A stretch of DNA of 64,000 nucleotides, from assembly GCA_963770835.1 (NCBI GenBank), contig CAVYRH010000004.1:544001-608000 (forward strand), read 5' to 3'. A program made the position numbers and the translations under genes. The notes beneath the pieces are model-generated. The model worked only from the letters and a program-made list of their open reading frames with translations, was not told the origin of the DNA and made no database searches. This DNA is from an uncultured Pseudomonadota bacterium. GTDB lineage: Bacteria; Oederibacteriota; Muellerivitia; Muellerivitales; Muellerivitaceae. Below are positions 1-10,200 of this stretch, in pieces (position 1 is the first letter of the stretch; each line of letters opens with the position of its first letter).

Positions 1-342
1 GCGCGCCAATGGTGTGTGGATGTCGCAGAAGTAAACCCCGGTGAAATAAGGACTTCCGTCGTCCAAAACACCCGAATGGGAGAAAAGGTTCTATCGCCCA
101 AGTCCCCCTATACTCCCTTTATGCGCCAATTCGAGAAATTCGCCAAGGAAAGGTTTGAGCACGCGGCGCCAGTGGAAAAACTGGTCCAAGTGGTTTTAAA
201 AGCCTTAAACCAAAGCCCCATGAAACGGCGGTATTTGGTGAAGCCGGACGATTACGCGGCTTATTACCTGCGCTGGCTCTTGCCCGATTGGGTTTGGGAG
301 TGGGGCTTGGGATCGATGTTTCCCTGGAGCCGGTGGCCTTAA
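1..342 (+). CDS. Short-chain dehydrogenase/reductase, C-terminal part (5' end outside window)
   Basis: Open frame from window edge; 'VDVAEVNPGEIRT' and 'PMKRRYLV' resemble SDR C-termini. Confidence 0.6.
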   Translation, partial: ARQWCVDVAEVNPGEIRTSVVQNTRMGEKVLSPKSPYTPFMRQFEKFAKERFEHAAPVEKLVQVVLKALNQSPMKRRYLVKPDDYAAYYLRWLLPDWVWEWGLGSMFPWSRWP

Positions 343-391
343 ACTTTCCGCAGAAACCAACTATTTGATTATCGAAAGATGTCCTAAAAAG

Positions 392-429
392 AAAAAGCCC
401 CATCCCCCGAAGGGGACAGGGCTTTTTTC
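392..429. terminator. Bidirectional rho-independent terminator
   Basis: A-tract, GC stem-loop, T-tract between convergent genes. Confidence 0.75.
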
Positions 430-446
430 TTAGAAAAAGTACGGCG

Positions 447-1832
447 CTATTGGATTGTTACGTTGTCGACATAAAAGTTGGGACTGGTGAAGGGTGCTGT
501 GCCGGTGGCTCCTGTTCCAATTTGGGCACCCACCTTCCAAATGTTGGTAGGATCGACTCCTCCTTGGTTTGCCGGGATTGAAACCTGGGTCCAAGTTAAG
601 GTTTGTACAGTGCCAAATGCTAAAGATTGGTAATTATAGGGCGATGCTCCGTTCGCACCATCCTGGACATACATCTGGCCGAACCAGCCAGTCGAAGGGG
701 CGGTGTCGAGATAATACCAAAAGGTTATCGTTCGGCCCGTCAGATCGGTTCCTGCCGTCGAATTCGGGAAATCAAACTCAATATCGGCCGCTTGGTTCAC
801 CGCAGTAAACGGTATCGGCCCCGCCAAAAGGGATTCGCAGCCGACTGTACAAGTATTCTCGTTTTGGACGGCTGAAAGAACCAAACCTGGAACCACAATA
901 CTGCCTCCGTTGTTGTTGGAAGCCCATCCGCTCGGCTGGGAACAATAGTTGTCAAAGGTCCAGTTAAAGGGATAGGAGGGTGTGAAAGTGGGTGGCGGCA
1001 CGCAACCCGTAGGAGAGGAGGTAGGCGTGCTGGTCGGCACTGTTGGTTGGGCTATATTCACATCGGCGATGTAAATGTTCCCCTTGGCGTGGGGGGCGAT
1101 GTTGGAAACCTGAACCCCGAATTGAATCGCCGCTGTGTTTGTAAAAGCGGAAGGGTTGTAAATGGTCGTCCAAGCGCCCGCGGTGGTGGAAAGGTTTTTA
1201 AAGGAGCTGCCGGTATCAAAATTGTAGCTGGCATTTTGACTAAATAGCTGAGCGCTCAGGATGCCCGAAGTTTCTGAAGGAACGACTAAACTCGGATCCG
1301 CGCTCACGTAAGCCGTGACCGCCGCCGAACTGAAGTTCACGGCGTTAGTGGAACCCCAAACGACCTCCACCTGGGCCTGTACCGTAGCGGCCGATGAATT
1401 GTTGATGGTAAGACAAAGAACGCTATTCCCGTTATGTTGAATAACCGAGGTGGTACCGATGCCGGTAACGCAGGACACACCCGCGTTGGCTTGAGTATAG
1501 GCATCCACAATCCAGCATTGAACGCCACTGGTGAAATTGTAGACCGGTATGAAGGTCGGCGCCGCGGAACAGGGTGTGACATTGGCGTTGGGCGTCATCG
1601 TGATCTGGGTCGTCGATATAAAAGTAGCTGTGGGTGTGGAAGTGGCTGTGCCAGTAGGTGTGCTGGTAGGTCCTGTGGCGGTCGGCGTGGCTGTGGCCGT
1701 GCCTGTGCTCGCGGGAGCAGGCGTGTTCGTCGGATTAGCGGGACTGGATGGACTGTTGCTTTTGGCTGGACACCCTATGGCACCTAGAATGACGCATCCC
1801 ATGAGAATCATGAAACCTGCAAGTTTCCGCAT
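447..1832 (-). CDS. Lipoprotein with Thr/Pro linkers and two repeated carbohydrate-binding-like beta domains
   Basis: AAGGAG RBS before ATG 1832; lipobox GAIGC; two modules with 'AQLFSQN/GQMYVQD' ending 'IYIADVNI/FYVDNVTI'. Confidence 0.7.
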   Translation of the reverse strand: MRKLAGFMILMGCVILGAIGCPAKSNSPSSPANPTNTPAPASTGTATATPTATGPTSTPTGTATSTPTATFISTTQITMTPNANVTPCSAAPTFIPVYNFTSGVQCWIVDAYTQANAGVSCVTGIGTTSVIQHNGNSVLCLTINNSSAATVQAQVEVVWGSTNAVNFSSAAVTAYVSADPSLVVPSETSGILSAQLFSQNASYNFDTGSSFKNLSTTAGAWTTIYNPSAFTNTAAIQFGVQVSNIAPHAKGNIYIADVNIAQPTVPTSTPTSSPTGCVPPPTFTPSYPFNWTFDNYCSQPSGWASNNNGGSIVVPGLVLSAVQNENTCTVGCESLLAGPIPFTAVNQAADIEFDFPNSTAGTDLTGRTITFWYYLDTAPSTGWFGQMYVQDGANGASPYNYQSLAFGTVQTLTWTQVSIPANQGGVDPTNIWKVGAQIGTGATGTAPFTSPNFYVDNVTIQ

Positions 1833-2208
1833 GATACGCTCCTTGAATTTTTTCGTTCCGTTTTTGCCGTTCAGGCTCAAAAGCGCTTGAAGCAAAAACA
1901 GGGTTTACCCCTAAGGGAAGGATATCATAACTGATGATTCTGGCAACTTTATGAGGAGGGTCATAGTTTTGGCATTTAAACGACTGTCCATGCAACGAGT
2001 TAAAACAAGTCCAAAAAAATCACACGGATTAAATCGTAAGTTAAACATTAAAACTGTCAGTTTGGAAAACGCTTCCAAGTTTAAAGCCGTTTAACCTACT
2101 TTTAGATCTTTTTACTTGTAAGGATTTTAGAATTTCCTGGATTTGGCCAATTTTTCGGCTAAAGGCCCCGGTTTGAACCTCAGACGAAGTTTTTTGCCCC
2201 GTGGAAGG

Positions 2209-3789
2209 CTACTTCGAAAGGCAGACAAAGAGCGTAGCGGTTAAGGGTGGAAGGGAATAGTCAAAATGGTCCCCGTCCACCTTGTCCTTCTTTACCAGGG
2301 TGATTTCAGGCGAGTTTTTATCGAAAGCGTAAGCCTCGTAGGAAGAAAAGGTCTCTTTGCCCTTGAACTTAAACTTTCCATTAATGGAATCCTTCTGGTT
2401 CTTATTTAAAACCACGACCCAAAGGGTGCCGGGATTTTTGCTATCGGTGGCCGCGTAGCAGGAGGTTTGGGTGATATCCTCGGTGGCGGCGGAAACCGCC
2501 GTATCCCCAATACTATCGTTTTTGCCGTCGTAATTCCGGTACAGCTTAAAAGCCGCTTTGTTGTAAGTCTTCAGATCCCCCCAGTAGCAGGCCAAATAAA
2601 CGCCGTACTTTCCGAAAATACCCAGCACGTCCGCTTGCGCCAAGCCTCCGGAAATATGGTCGCCCGCGCCGTAATCGTACTCGGAAAAAGCCAGCTTGGT
2701 TCCGGGACAGCGGTTGTCGATCTTCTCCTTCACCCAGGGGATCAATTGGATCGGTTGGCCCTTGGTGGACCATTGGGTGATCCAGCTTTTCTCCACGTAG
2801 CCAGGGTCCCAAAGGCTCCGGGGTGCCTGCAGGCGGGCATCGATTGAATCGGGCGAGGTGTCGCCGTCCGTGATGCGCTTCCCGCCGCCCTGGGCTTCCG
2901 GGTACCAGTGCAGGTCTAGAACCTGGACCAATTTCTTTTGGTAGGTCTTTTCCAGTTGGTGGATGTAATCCAAGTAGAAATCCAGATAGGTAGGGAACTG
3001 GGCGGTCATGGTGGCGTCCTTGCTCTCGGGAGCGTCCTGGAGGGTCAGGAATTCCTGCCAGCCGTAGCAGACCCCCCCCAGGATGACGGCGGTGGGGTCC
3101 ACCCGCAGGATGTTGTCGGCGGCCACCTCGGTTTTTTTGGCCATTTCCCAATAGGAGGTTTTGACGGGATGGATGCGGGGATGGGTGGAAGGCCAAATTC
3201 CCGGTTCGTTGTCCAGGTCGTAAAACCTCACTCCGCCGTCCTTGGCCTCCTTGTAATTGGATACCAGATAGTTAATGAACTCGTCCTCATAAACCACGGG
3301 CCCATTAGGGTCGGGGGACAGGGTGTAGGGCCTTTTCTTGTGGAACTCGATCTTTTTCCACCGCTTGCTCGGTGCTGTTTCGGTTTCCGCAACCACGCCC
3401 GATTTGTCGGCCGCCACAAAGCCCGCCATCGGCACCGTCATGAGGGTGTCCATCCCGTATTTTTGGGTTTGCTGGACGAACTGGGCGGCCATGGAGCCGG
3501 GTTTGTCGCAGTCGGTGTAATGGAAATTCTGGGCGCACATCCAATCGTCGCTGGTGTGGTGCCAGTCGTTGCCGGCGTTGGAGGCGTTATTCTCCCAGTT
3601 GTAACCCGTCATGCGGTTGCCGCCCAGGCGTCGGACGGTGGTATGGGTGTCGCCGGGGTCTTTGTCGTTGATACCGTAAATATAGGGACTGATCGGACCG
3701 ATTACCTCGTCGGGCATGACCAGGAAGTTAACATCCGCCGCAAGAACCGATCCTGCCAACCAGAAGAAAACAAGTAAGCGGTAAACCAT
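2209..3789 (-). CDS. Secreted glycoside hydrolase family 44 (endoglucanase/xyloglucanase)
   Basis: RLGGNRMTGYNWENNASNAG, LDNEP (acid/base), FSEY (nucleophile); AAGGAG RBS; signal peptide. Confidence 0.9.
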   Translation of the reverse strand: MVYRLLVFFWLAGSVLAADVNFLVMPDEVIGPISPYIYGINDKDPGDTHTTVRRLGGNRMTGYNWENNASNAGNDWHHTSDDWMCAQNFHYTDCDKPGSMAAQFVQQTQKYGMDTLMTVPMAGFVAADKSGVVAETETAPSKRWKKIEFHKKRPYTLSPDPNGPVVYEDEFINYLVSNYKEAKDGGVRFYDLDNEPGIWPSTHPRIHPVKTSYWEMAKKTEVAADNILRVDPTAVILGGVCYGWQEFLTLQDAPESKDATMTAQFPTYLDFYLDYIHQLEKTYQKKLVQVLDLHWYPEAQGGGKRITDGDTSPDSIDARLQAPRSLWDPGYVEKSWITQWSTKGQPIQLIPWVKEKIDNRCPGTKLAFSEYDYGAGDHISGGLAQADVLGIFGKYGVYLACYWGDLKTYNKAAFKLYRNYDGKNDSIGDTAVSAATEDITQTSCYAATDSKNPGTLWVVVLNKNQKDSINGKFKFKGKETFSSYEAYAFDKNSPEITLVKKDKVDGDHFDYSLPPLTATLFVCLSK

Positions 3790-3823
3790 TTTTCGACTCC
3801 TTGCTGGTAGCTGCCAACTGGTG

Positions 3824-5134
3824 TTAGTTAACGCTTCCGGTGCGCCTTTCGCCCAGGATGCGGTCGTCCTTTTGGCCGATGGCTTTTGCCACTTTCGCAC
3901 GGTCGGTGTAGAGGGACTGGGTTTTCAGCATGCGGGCCAGATAACCCGCCTCAAACCAAAGATTCGCTATGATACAAACCACCGCAAAGATGCGCCATGC
4001 CCGGTGGGAAGCCCATCGGCTCCAAGCGTAGATGGAATAAACCGTTAGCAGGGGCATGAGGATGTAATAAATGTGGGCCAGGGGCTCCTTGGACGTGAAC
4101 CAAAAGCTCAACCAAACCAAAAGAAAGGCAAAAAGCGCGATTTTTGTGATAGTCCAAGAATCCGGGTGTTTTTTATCCCGGAACCAACCAAGGGCGAAAA
4201 GGGACAGGGGCTGGAGCCAACCCATGAGAACCATGAATAATCCGGGCAGGATAATCCAAAACGAGTGGACCAGGAAATCCCTTCTCTCAGCCGTGCCGGT
4301 GCCGATGAAACGAAGGGTTTCGAAGCACGGCAATGATAGGAAGCGGCCCAGGATGACGGGAAAGGCCTTGAAGTTATCCGGGTTGAAAAGGCGTGACAAT
4401 TGGAAGCCCGATGTGCCTTGAGCGAAGCCGTATTTGAGGTAGGTCGGCGCCAGGAGGGCGGCCAGGGGAGCGGCCCCCACCAGGAACGCGACGAAGTCGT
4501 GTACAAAGTGGAACCGCTTATCCCTCAGGCGCAAGGCGAGGGCGAGGATCACAAAGGGGGGAAGTAGGACCCAGGATTGATGGAACTGCATGTCCCAAAA
4601 AAGTCCGAATCCCATGAGCGCGAAGGCCACGGCCGGAGGCAAATAATCCTTTGAAAGGGAGGGGACGGCCTCCAGGAAGCCCAGGAAGAAGAGGGTGCTT
4701 CCGATCAGAAGAAAGGAAGGGTTGATGATATTGGTGGACTCGTGCAGGTTCCAGGGCAGGAGCGCGATCCAGGCAAAAAGAAAGGGGAAGGGGATTTCGG
4801 GAAGGCGCTTGGAAAGGTACAAGGCGAGAAGGCCGATGACGCCAGTGGTCAACAGGTTCAGGAAAAGGAAAGGCGCCTCGGGAATGGGACAGATCACCAA
4901 GGGATAACCCACCACCCAGGCCTCCAAGGGCCCGGGAATCTGGGTGTGAAAACCCGTTTCGGTCACCAAAAGGTCGGGCCCGAAATAGGGCCAGCCGCCA
5001 TGGCAATACCATTTCAAGCCGATGAGGTAGGTTTGAATTTCATCGGGGGAAAAAAAGGGCTGGGACAATCCAAAGGCCGTCCGGAAAAGGAAAAGGGCCA
5101 GGAAAAGGAGGATGTATTTGCGCTTGTTGGACAA
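3824..5134 (-). CDS. Polytopic membrane protein, GT-C-like glycosyltransferase (paralog 1)
   Basis: Many hydrophobic segments; loop 'PDEIQTYLIGLK..GWPYFGPD'; TTG start with GAGGTG RBS. Confidence 0.6.
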   Translation of the reverse strand: MSNKRKYILLFLALFLFRTAFGLSQPFFSPDEIQTYLIGLKWYCHGGWPYFGPDLLVTETGFHTQIPGPLEAWVVGYPLVICPIPEAPFLFLNLLTTGVIGLLALYLSKRLPEIPFPFLFAWIALLPWNLHESTNIINPSFLLIGSTLFFLGFLEAVPSLSKDYLPPAVAFALMGFGLFWDMQFHQSWVLLPPFVILALALRLRDKRFHFVHDFVAFLVGAAPLAALLAPTYLKYGFAQGTSGFQLSRLFNPDNFKAFPVILGRFLSLPCFETLRFIGTGTAERRDFLVHSFWIILPGLFMVLMGWLQPLSLFALGWFRDKKHPDSWTITKIALFAFLLVWLSFWFTSKEPLAHIYYILMPLLTVYSIYAWSRWASHRAWRIFAVVCIIANLWFEAGYLARMLKTQSLYTDRAKVAKAIGQKDDRILGERRTGSVN

Positions 5135-5318
5135 CTCACACCTCAGGAAACCTAATTTTAAATTCTCAATTATGAATTATGGTTGTTTCCATTTCGTGGA
5201 AACTTAAACCCTTTTTACCGGCCCGCCGAAAGCATTTATTTTTAAAAAGCCAGTCCTTTCCGCGAAGCGGAAAACTCAAAAGTTTAAAATTCATAATTAA
5301 GAATTCAAAACTTGCTTT

Positions 5319-6788
5319 TTAGTAGAGGCTTTCCGGCCGGCGCTCGCCCATAAGGTGATAATTTTTTTGGTCGATGGCCTGCTTGATGACCGTCCACTTG
5401 GTGTAGATGGAATCCCTTGGCTCCACCGCCACCGCGTAACCCAGTTGAAAGATAACCCCGATGACCAGGAAAGCCTTAGCCAGCAAGGGAGCATATTTAA
5501 GGTCTTTCAAAGCCGCCCAGCCATAACACGAATAGGTCATGATCAAGGGGAAGAAAACAAAATAAATATGGGAGAGGGGCATTTTTACGGTGAACCAGAA
5601 ACTGGCGTAAACCATCGCGAATACCCCAGTCAGCAAAAGGTTCAATCCTTTCCACTGGGGCCCCGTCTTTTCCGGGTGGAATCTTTCCAGCCAAAGACCC
5701 AACAAGTAGGTGACAGCCAAAACCCCGATGGAGACCTCCAGGATGTCCTTCCGTTGGGGGTTGGTGATTTTAATCACAGCGATCAAAACCAAGAAGCCTC
5801 CCCAAAAAAACCAGGGGGAAAGGCGACGCAACCAGCTAAACCAAAAGGAAGCCGGAATAAAGGGCTGGATCAACCCCACCCCCCAGAGGATCATCCCTGG
5901 AACCAGGAGGAGGGGATACTGGTGCACCAGGAAATCTATCCTCGATTGCACGCTGACCCCGATGAAGCGGGGAATCTCAAAGGAAACCAGGGAGAAAAAA
6001 CGGGCCAAGATGGTCCAGAATTCCCCGACGTTTTCCCAATCAAAGGGAACGGTAAAGCCCGATGCCACGTTCCCCCGGGAGAGGCCGAATTTCAGGTAGG
6101 TGGGCAGGAGGAAGACCAGGGGAGGGAGGGACCCTAGGGCCATGTAAAGGATGGAGCTCCAGCGGTTGTTTTTGAGGATTTGAGCCACGAGAGAAAACAG
6201 CATCAAAGGAGGGAGATAAACATAGGAGAAGTGAAATTGCATAATCCAAAAAAGGGAAAAACCCATGGCCGCATTGGCCCAGGCGGGTGAAACAAGGTTC
6301 AAGGTGAAGAAAGGAAGGGATTCCATGAACCCGATGAAAAAGAGGATTGCGGGCAGGAAGATATAAGCTGGGTTGATGAGGGTGGTGGATTCATGGATGC
6401 TCCAGGGGCAGATGGCAATCCAAATAAAAACCCAGGTGAAGGATAGGTCCGGAAGCCTCTTTTTAATGTACGAAGCCAAGAGGGCTACTCCGGCGATGGA
6501 CATCAGGTTCAAAAGGATGAAAGGTGCTTCTGGGAAGGGAAAAACGTAGAAAGGCCAGCCGATGACCAGGCCTTCCAAGGCCCCGGGGATCTGGCTGGTA
6601 AAGGAGTTTTCTGCGCCGTTCACGTCGGGGCCGAACCAGGGCCAGGTGCCCGTGGTGTAGCACTTGAGGCCGATCAAGTAGGTTTGAAACTGGTCGATAT
6701 CGAAAACCCGCGCCCGAAAGAGGCCGAACATCAGCCGGAAAGCGAAAAAGGCCAGCAGGAGGATGAATAGTTTTTTCCGGTCGGACAT
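5319..6788 (-). CDS. Polytopic membrane protein, GT-C-like glycosyltransferase (paralog 2)
   Basis: 'DQFQTYLIGLKCY..WPWFGPD', 'QIPGALEG', C-terminal 'GERRPESLY' shared with paralogs. Confidence 0.6.
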   Translation of the reverse strand: MSDRKKLFILLLAFFAFRLMFGLFRARVFDIDQFQTYLIGLKCYTTGTWPWFGPDVNGAENSFTSQIPGALEGLVIGWPFYVFPFPEAPFILLNLMSIAGVALLASYIKKRLPDLSFTWVFIWIAICPWSIHESTTLINPAYIFLPAILFFIGFMESLPFFTLNLVSPAWANAAMGFSLFWIMQFHFSYVYLPPLMLFSLVAQILKNNRWSSILYMALGSLPPLVFLLPTYLKFGLSRGNVASGFTVPFDWENVGEFWTILARFFSLVSFEIPRFIGVSVQSRIDFLVHQYPLLLVPGMILWGVGLIQPFIPASFWFSWLRRLSPWFFWGGFLVLIAVIKITNPQRKDILEVSIGVLAVTYLLGLWLERFHPEKTGPQWKGLNLLLTGVFAMVYASFWFTVKMPLSHIYFVFFPLIMTYSCYGWAALKDLKYAPLLAKAFLVIGVIFQLGYAVAVEPRDSIYTKWTVIKQAIDQKNYHLMGERRPESLY

Positions 6789-6845
6789 ATTCCCTTCGGG
6801 AGTTCTAAGTTTCCCCCATGGTTCCAATTTAATTTTAATGGACTA

Positions 6846-6896
6846 CATGGGGACGTCCCCATTTTCATTTTTTACACCAAAAAGATGAAATGGGGG
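6846..6896. repeat. REP-like palindromic element
   Basis: GGGGACGTCCCC palindrome plus CCCCATTT...AAATGGGG stem; related element at 56175-56220. Confidence 0.4.
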
Positions 6897-7032
6897 TGAG
6901 TTCGGAATTCGTAGTTTATGGTAAATTTCCCTAAAGCGGAAATTTTCATTAACTTCGGACTTAAACCTTGGTGCTTAAAACTGTTTTTCAGGGGGATATT
7001 AACAGAAGCCTCCGCCGGGTAAAAGTCTTCTA

Positions 7033-7176
7033 AAACAGGGTCCTGAAAAAGTATTTTTCAGTACTTTGTCGACAGCCTCGGGATAGAACGAACCTCTAAA
7101 ATTTGATTTTTATCTTTCGTGGCTCGTTGGTTAAGTAGGAAAAAGTCCGTTTTCGGACTTTTTCAGCATCCTGTTA
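7033..7176. mobile_element. MITE-like element, ~145 bp (copy 1)
   Basis: Terminal inverted repeats AACAGGGTCCTGAAAAAG / CTTTTTCAGCATCCTGTT; homologous inverted copy at 49291-49435. Confidence 0.65.
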
Positions 7177-7268
7177 AGGCGTTCGGGTGCGGCCCCCGTT
7201 ATAATGAGCTAGTAAACCCGCATCGTGAGCCGTGCCTACCCCGCTGATTTAAGAAAGGATTCCGGGCG

Positions 7269-10200
7269 ATGATTTTTCTTTTCACGGAAATCGATCATCC
7301 GGAGGTTTTTCAAAAGAAGGGTACCCCTGAGGGCGACCATATCCTTGCCAGCCAATATTTCCTGATCGAAGAAATACTACTCAACCACGGCGTCCATTGG
7401 ATGCAACGCTCCCCTACCGGCGTCCTGGCGGCGTTTGAGGGCGGGGCAAGCTCGGAAAAAGCACGGGCCTCCGGTGAAACCACCCCCACCGGACAACCAG
7501 GTAGGCCAGCGGAAGCCGCCCTCTCCCTTCAAAAGGACTTCCAAAGCCATCAGTGGGGGCAGTTCGGCAAGGCCAAGCTCCGGGTGGCGCTCCACTCGGG
7601 GGAAGCCGAACCGGCGGGCCAGACTTACGTAGGGCCCGAGGTCACCCATGCCTTGAAACTCCTGGAAGCCGCCCAGTGGTCCCAAACGCTCCTGACGGTG
7701 CCGGCGGTTCATTTCATCCCCCTTCCCCCAGGCTCCCGCTTGAAGGACATGGGAAAACATTTCCTCAAGGATTTAACCGAACCCCAAAACCTTTATGCCC
7801 TGCTCCATCCGGACATTGACGGCGGCGAGGTCCTGCCGCCCCAATCCCTGGAGGATTATCCCCAGAATTTTTTCCCCCAATCCTCACCCTTTTTCGGGCG
7901 TGAGGAGGAATTGGGGGAAATCACCGGACTCCTAGCTTCACCCCCAACCCGGCTGGTGACCCTGACCGGCCCGGGCGGTTTCGGCAAGACCCGTCTGGCT
8001 TTCCAAGCCGCCGCGGAGGTGGTTGAAAAATTCAAGGACGGCGTCTTTATCGTGTCGCTGGCCCCACTCCTGTCGGACCACCTCCTGATCGCCAGCGTCG
8101 CCACCGCCATCCAGTTTTTCTTTTACGGCGCGGAAGACCCCAAGACCCAGCTTTTGGGCCACCTCAAGGAAAAGGAAATGCTGTTGCTGATGGACAATTT
8201 CGAACACATCATCGAAGGAGCCGAATTTGTCCAAGAGATCCTTTCCGCCGCTCCCCGAGTCAAGGTCCTGGCCACCTCCCGGGAAAAGCTGGGGGTGGAA
8301 GCGGAAAAGGTTTTCGAGGTCAAGGGGCTCCGTTATCCGTTGGCCGAGAACGCCGGCCAGATGGAAGCGTCCAGTGCCGTTCAGCTTTTCATGAAGAGCG
8401 CCCACCGCATCCAGCCTCATTTCGAGCTGGCGACGGAGGACCGGGGGTCCCTCCTGGATATCTGCCGCTTTTTGGAAGGCATGCCCCTGGGGCTGGAACT
8501 TTCCGCCACCTGGGTGGGAACGCTTACGCTCCCCCAAATCGCCGAAAAAATTGAAACCAGCCGGGACTTCCTGGCCACCTCCATGCCCCACCTACCGGCC
8601 CGCCACCGGTCCCTCAGGGCGGTATTTGAATATTCCTGGATTCTCCTGACCGAGGCCCAAAAGAAAGCCTTGAAGTCCATTTCCGTTTTCCGTGGCGGTT
8701 TTACCGTTGATGCGGTCAAGAAGGTGGCGGGGGCGGCCGAGGAACTGCTGGAACGGCTGGCCCAAAAATCCCTGGTGCGCAAAAAGGAAGGCCGTTGGGA
8801 AATCCATGAATTACTGAAGTACTACGCCAAGGAGAAACTGTTCGACGATTCCGGTGAAAAGGAAAGATCCTTCGACGCCCATAGCGGTTATTTCAGCCAA
8901 TGGCTTCGGAAAAGGGAAAGGGACCTGACCGGGCCCCGGCAACAAAAAGCGCTGGAAGAGATGGTGGAGGAAATCGGAAATATCCGGGAGGGCTGGAGAA
9001 GGGCCGTGGAGAAAGGGATGGTGGAGGAACTGGGGGATTACTTAGAGGCTTATTTCATTGTCCTGGAGACCAAGGGATGGTTCCAGGAAGGCCAGGAAGC
9101 CTTCCGACAGGCCGCCCAATCCATCCGGGAGGCTTCCTCCGCCGGAAGTTCCAAGCCCACCCCCGTTTTTCTCCTTTTGGCCCGGCTCTTGTGCCGCTGG
9201 GCCGATTTTGAACGGAACCTGGGCAATACCCCCAAGGCTGAGGAATTGCTCAAGGAGAGCTTGGGGGATTTCCAATCCGCCTCGGCCCCCCAACTGTCGG
9301 GATACGCGTTGGGAGGCCTGGGAAAGGTGGTGGAAACGAAGGGCGATTACAAAGCCGCGAAGGTCCTTTTCAATAAGAGTTTAAAAACCTTTCAAAAGGC
9401 CAGGGACCGGCATGGGTCGGCCTGGGCCTTGAATGAACTGGGCCATATGGAGTCCCTGGCGGGAAATTTCAAGGCCGCCCAGGCCCTCATCCGCCGCAGC
9501 CTTTCCCACTCCGAGGCCGGGGGGGACCGAAGGTCCGTGGGCCATTCCTATATCCTTTTAGGGGACGCCCTCTATGGATTGGGGCAGATGGAGGAGTCCA
9601 AACTTTTTTACCAAAAGGGCCTGGATGCCTACCTGGAGTCGGGGGACCGAAGGGGCATGAGTTGGGCTTTCCTTAACCTGGGCCGGGTGGCCGAGATGCT
9701 GGGCAATTATGGCGGGGCCCGCCAGATGTACAGGGAAGGCATGGTCATCGCCAAGGACTTGGGTGACCTCCGGGGCCTGGCCTGGGCCGACAACCTACTT
9801 GGTTTCACAAGCTGGGCCACGGGGAATTACCAGGAAGCCCAGCGGTTTTACCAGGAAGGGCTCTCCCTTTACCGGAAGATCGACGACCAGCGCGGGCAGG
9901 CTTGGACCCTGGACCTGCTGGGCAACATCAAGCTGGCCCAGGGCAATGATAAGGAAGCTGAGGAATACTACCAGCAAGCCCGCGCGCTAGTCCTCCAGGA
10001 GGGAATGAGCACCCAGAATAAGGCATGGGACGCCTTCCACCAGGGGGTCCTCGCGGCTTTCCGTGGCGAATCCCGGCAGGCTTTCCAACGGTTCAAGGAA
10101 GGCCTGGGGTGGTTCCGTTCGATCGGGGACAGCTTGGGCCAAATGACTTGTTACCTCCATCTGGGAGAGGCAAGCCTAACCCTAAAAGAAACAGCGGCCG

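Noticed and set aside
1600..1760. Low-complexity repeats in Thr/Pro-rich segments
   Set aside because: Protein linker coding, not a DNA repeat array
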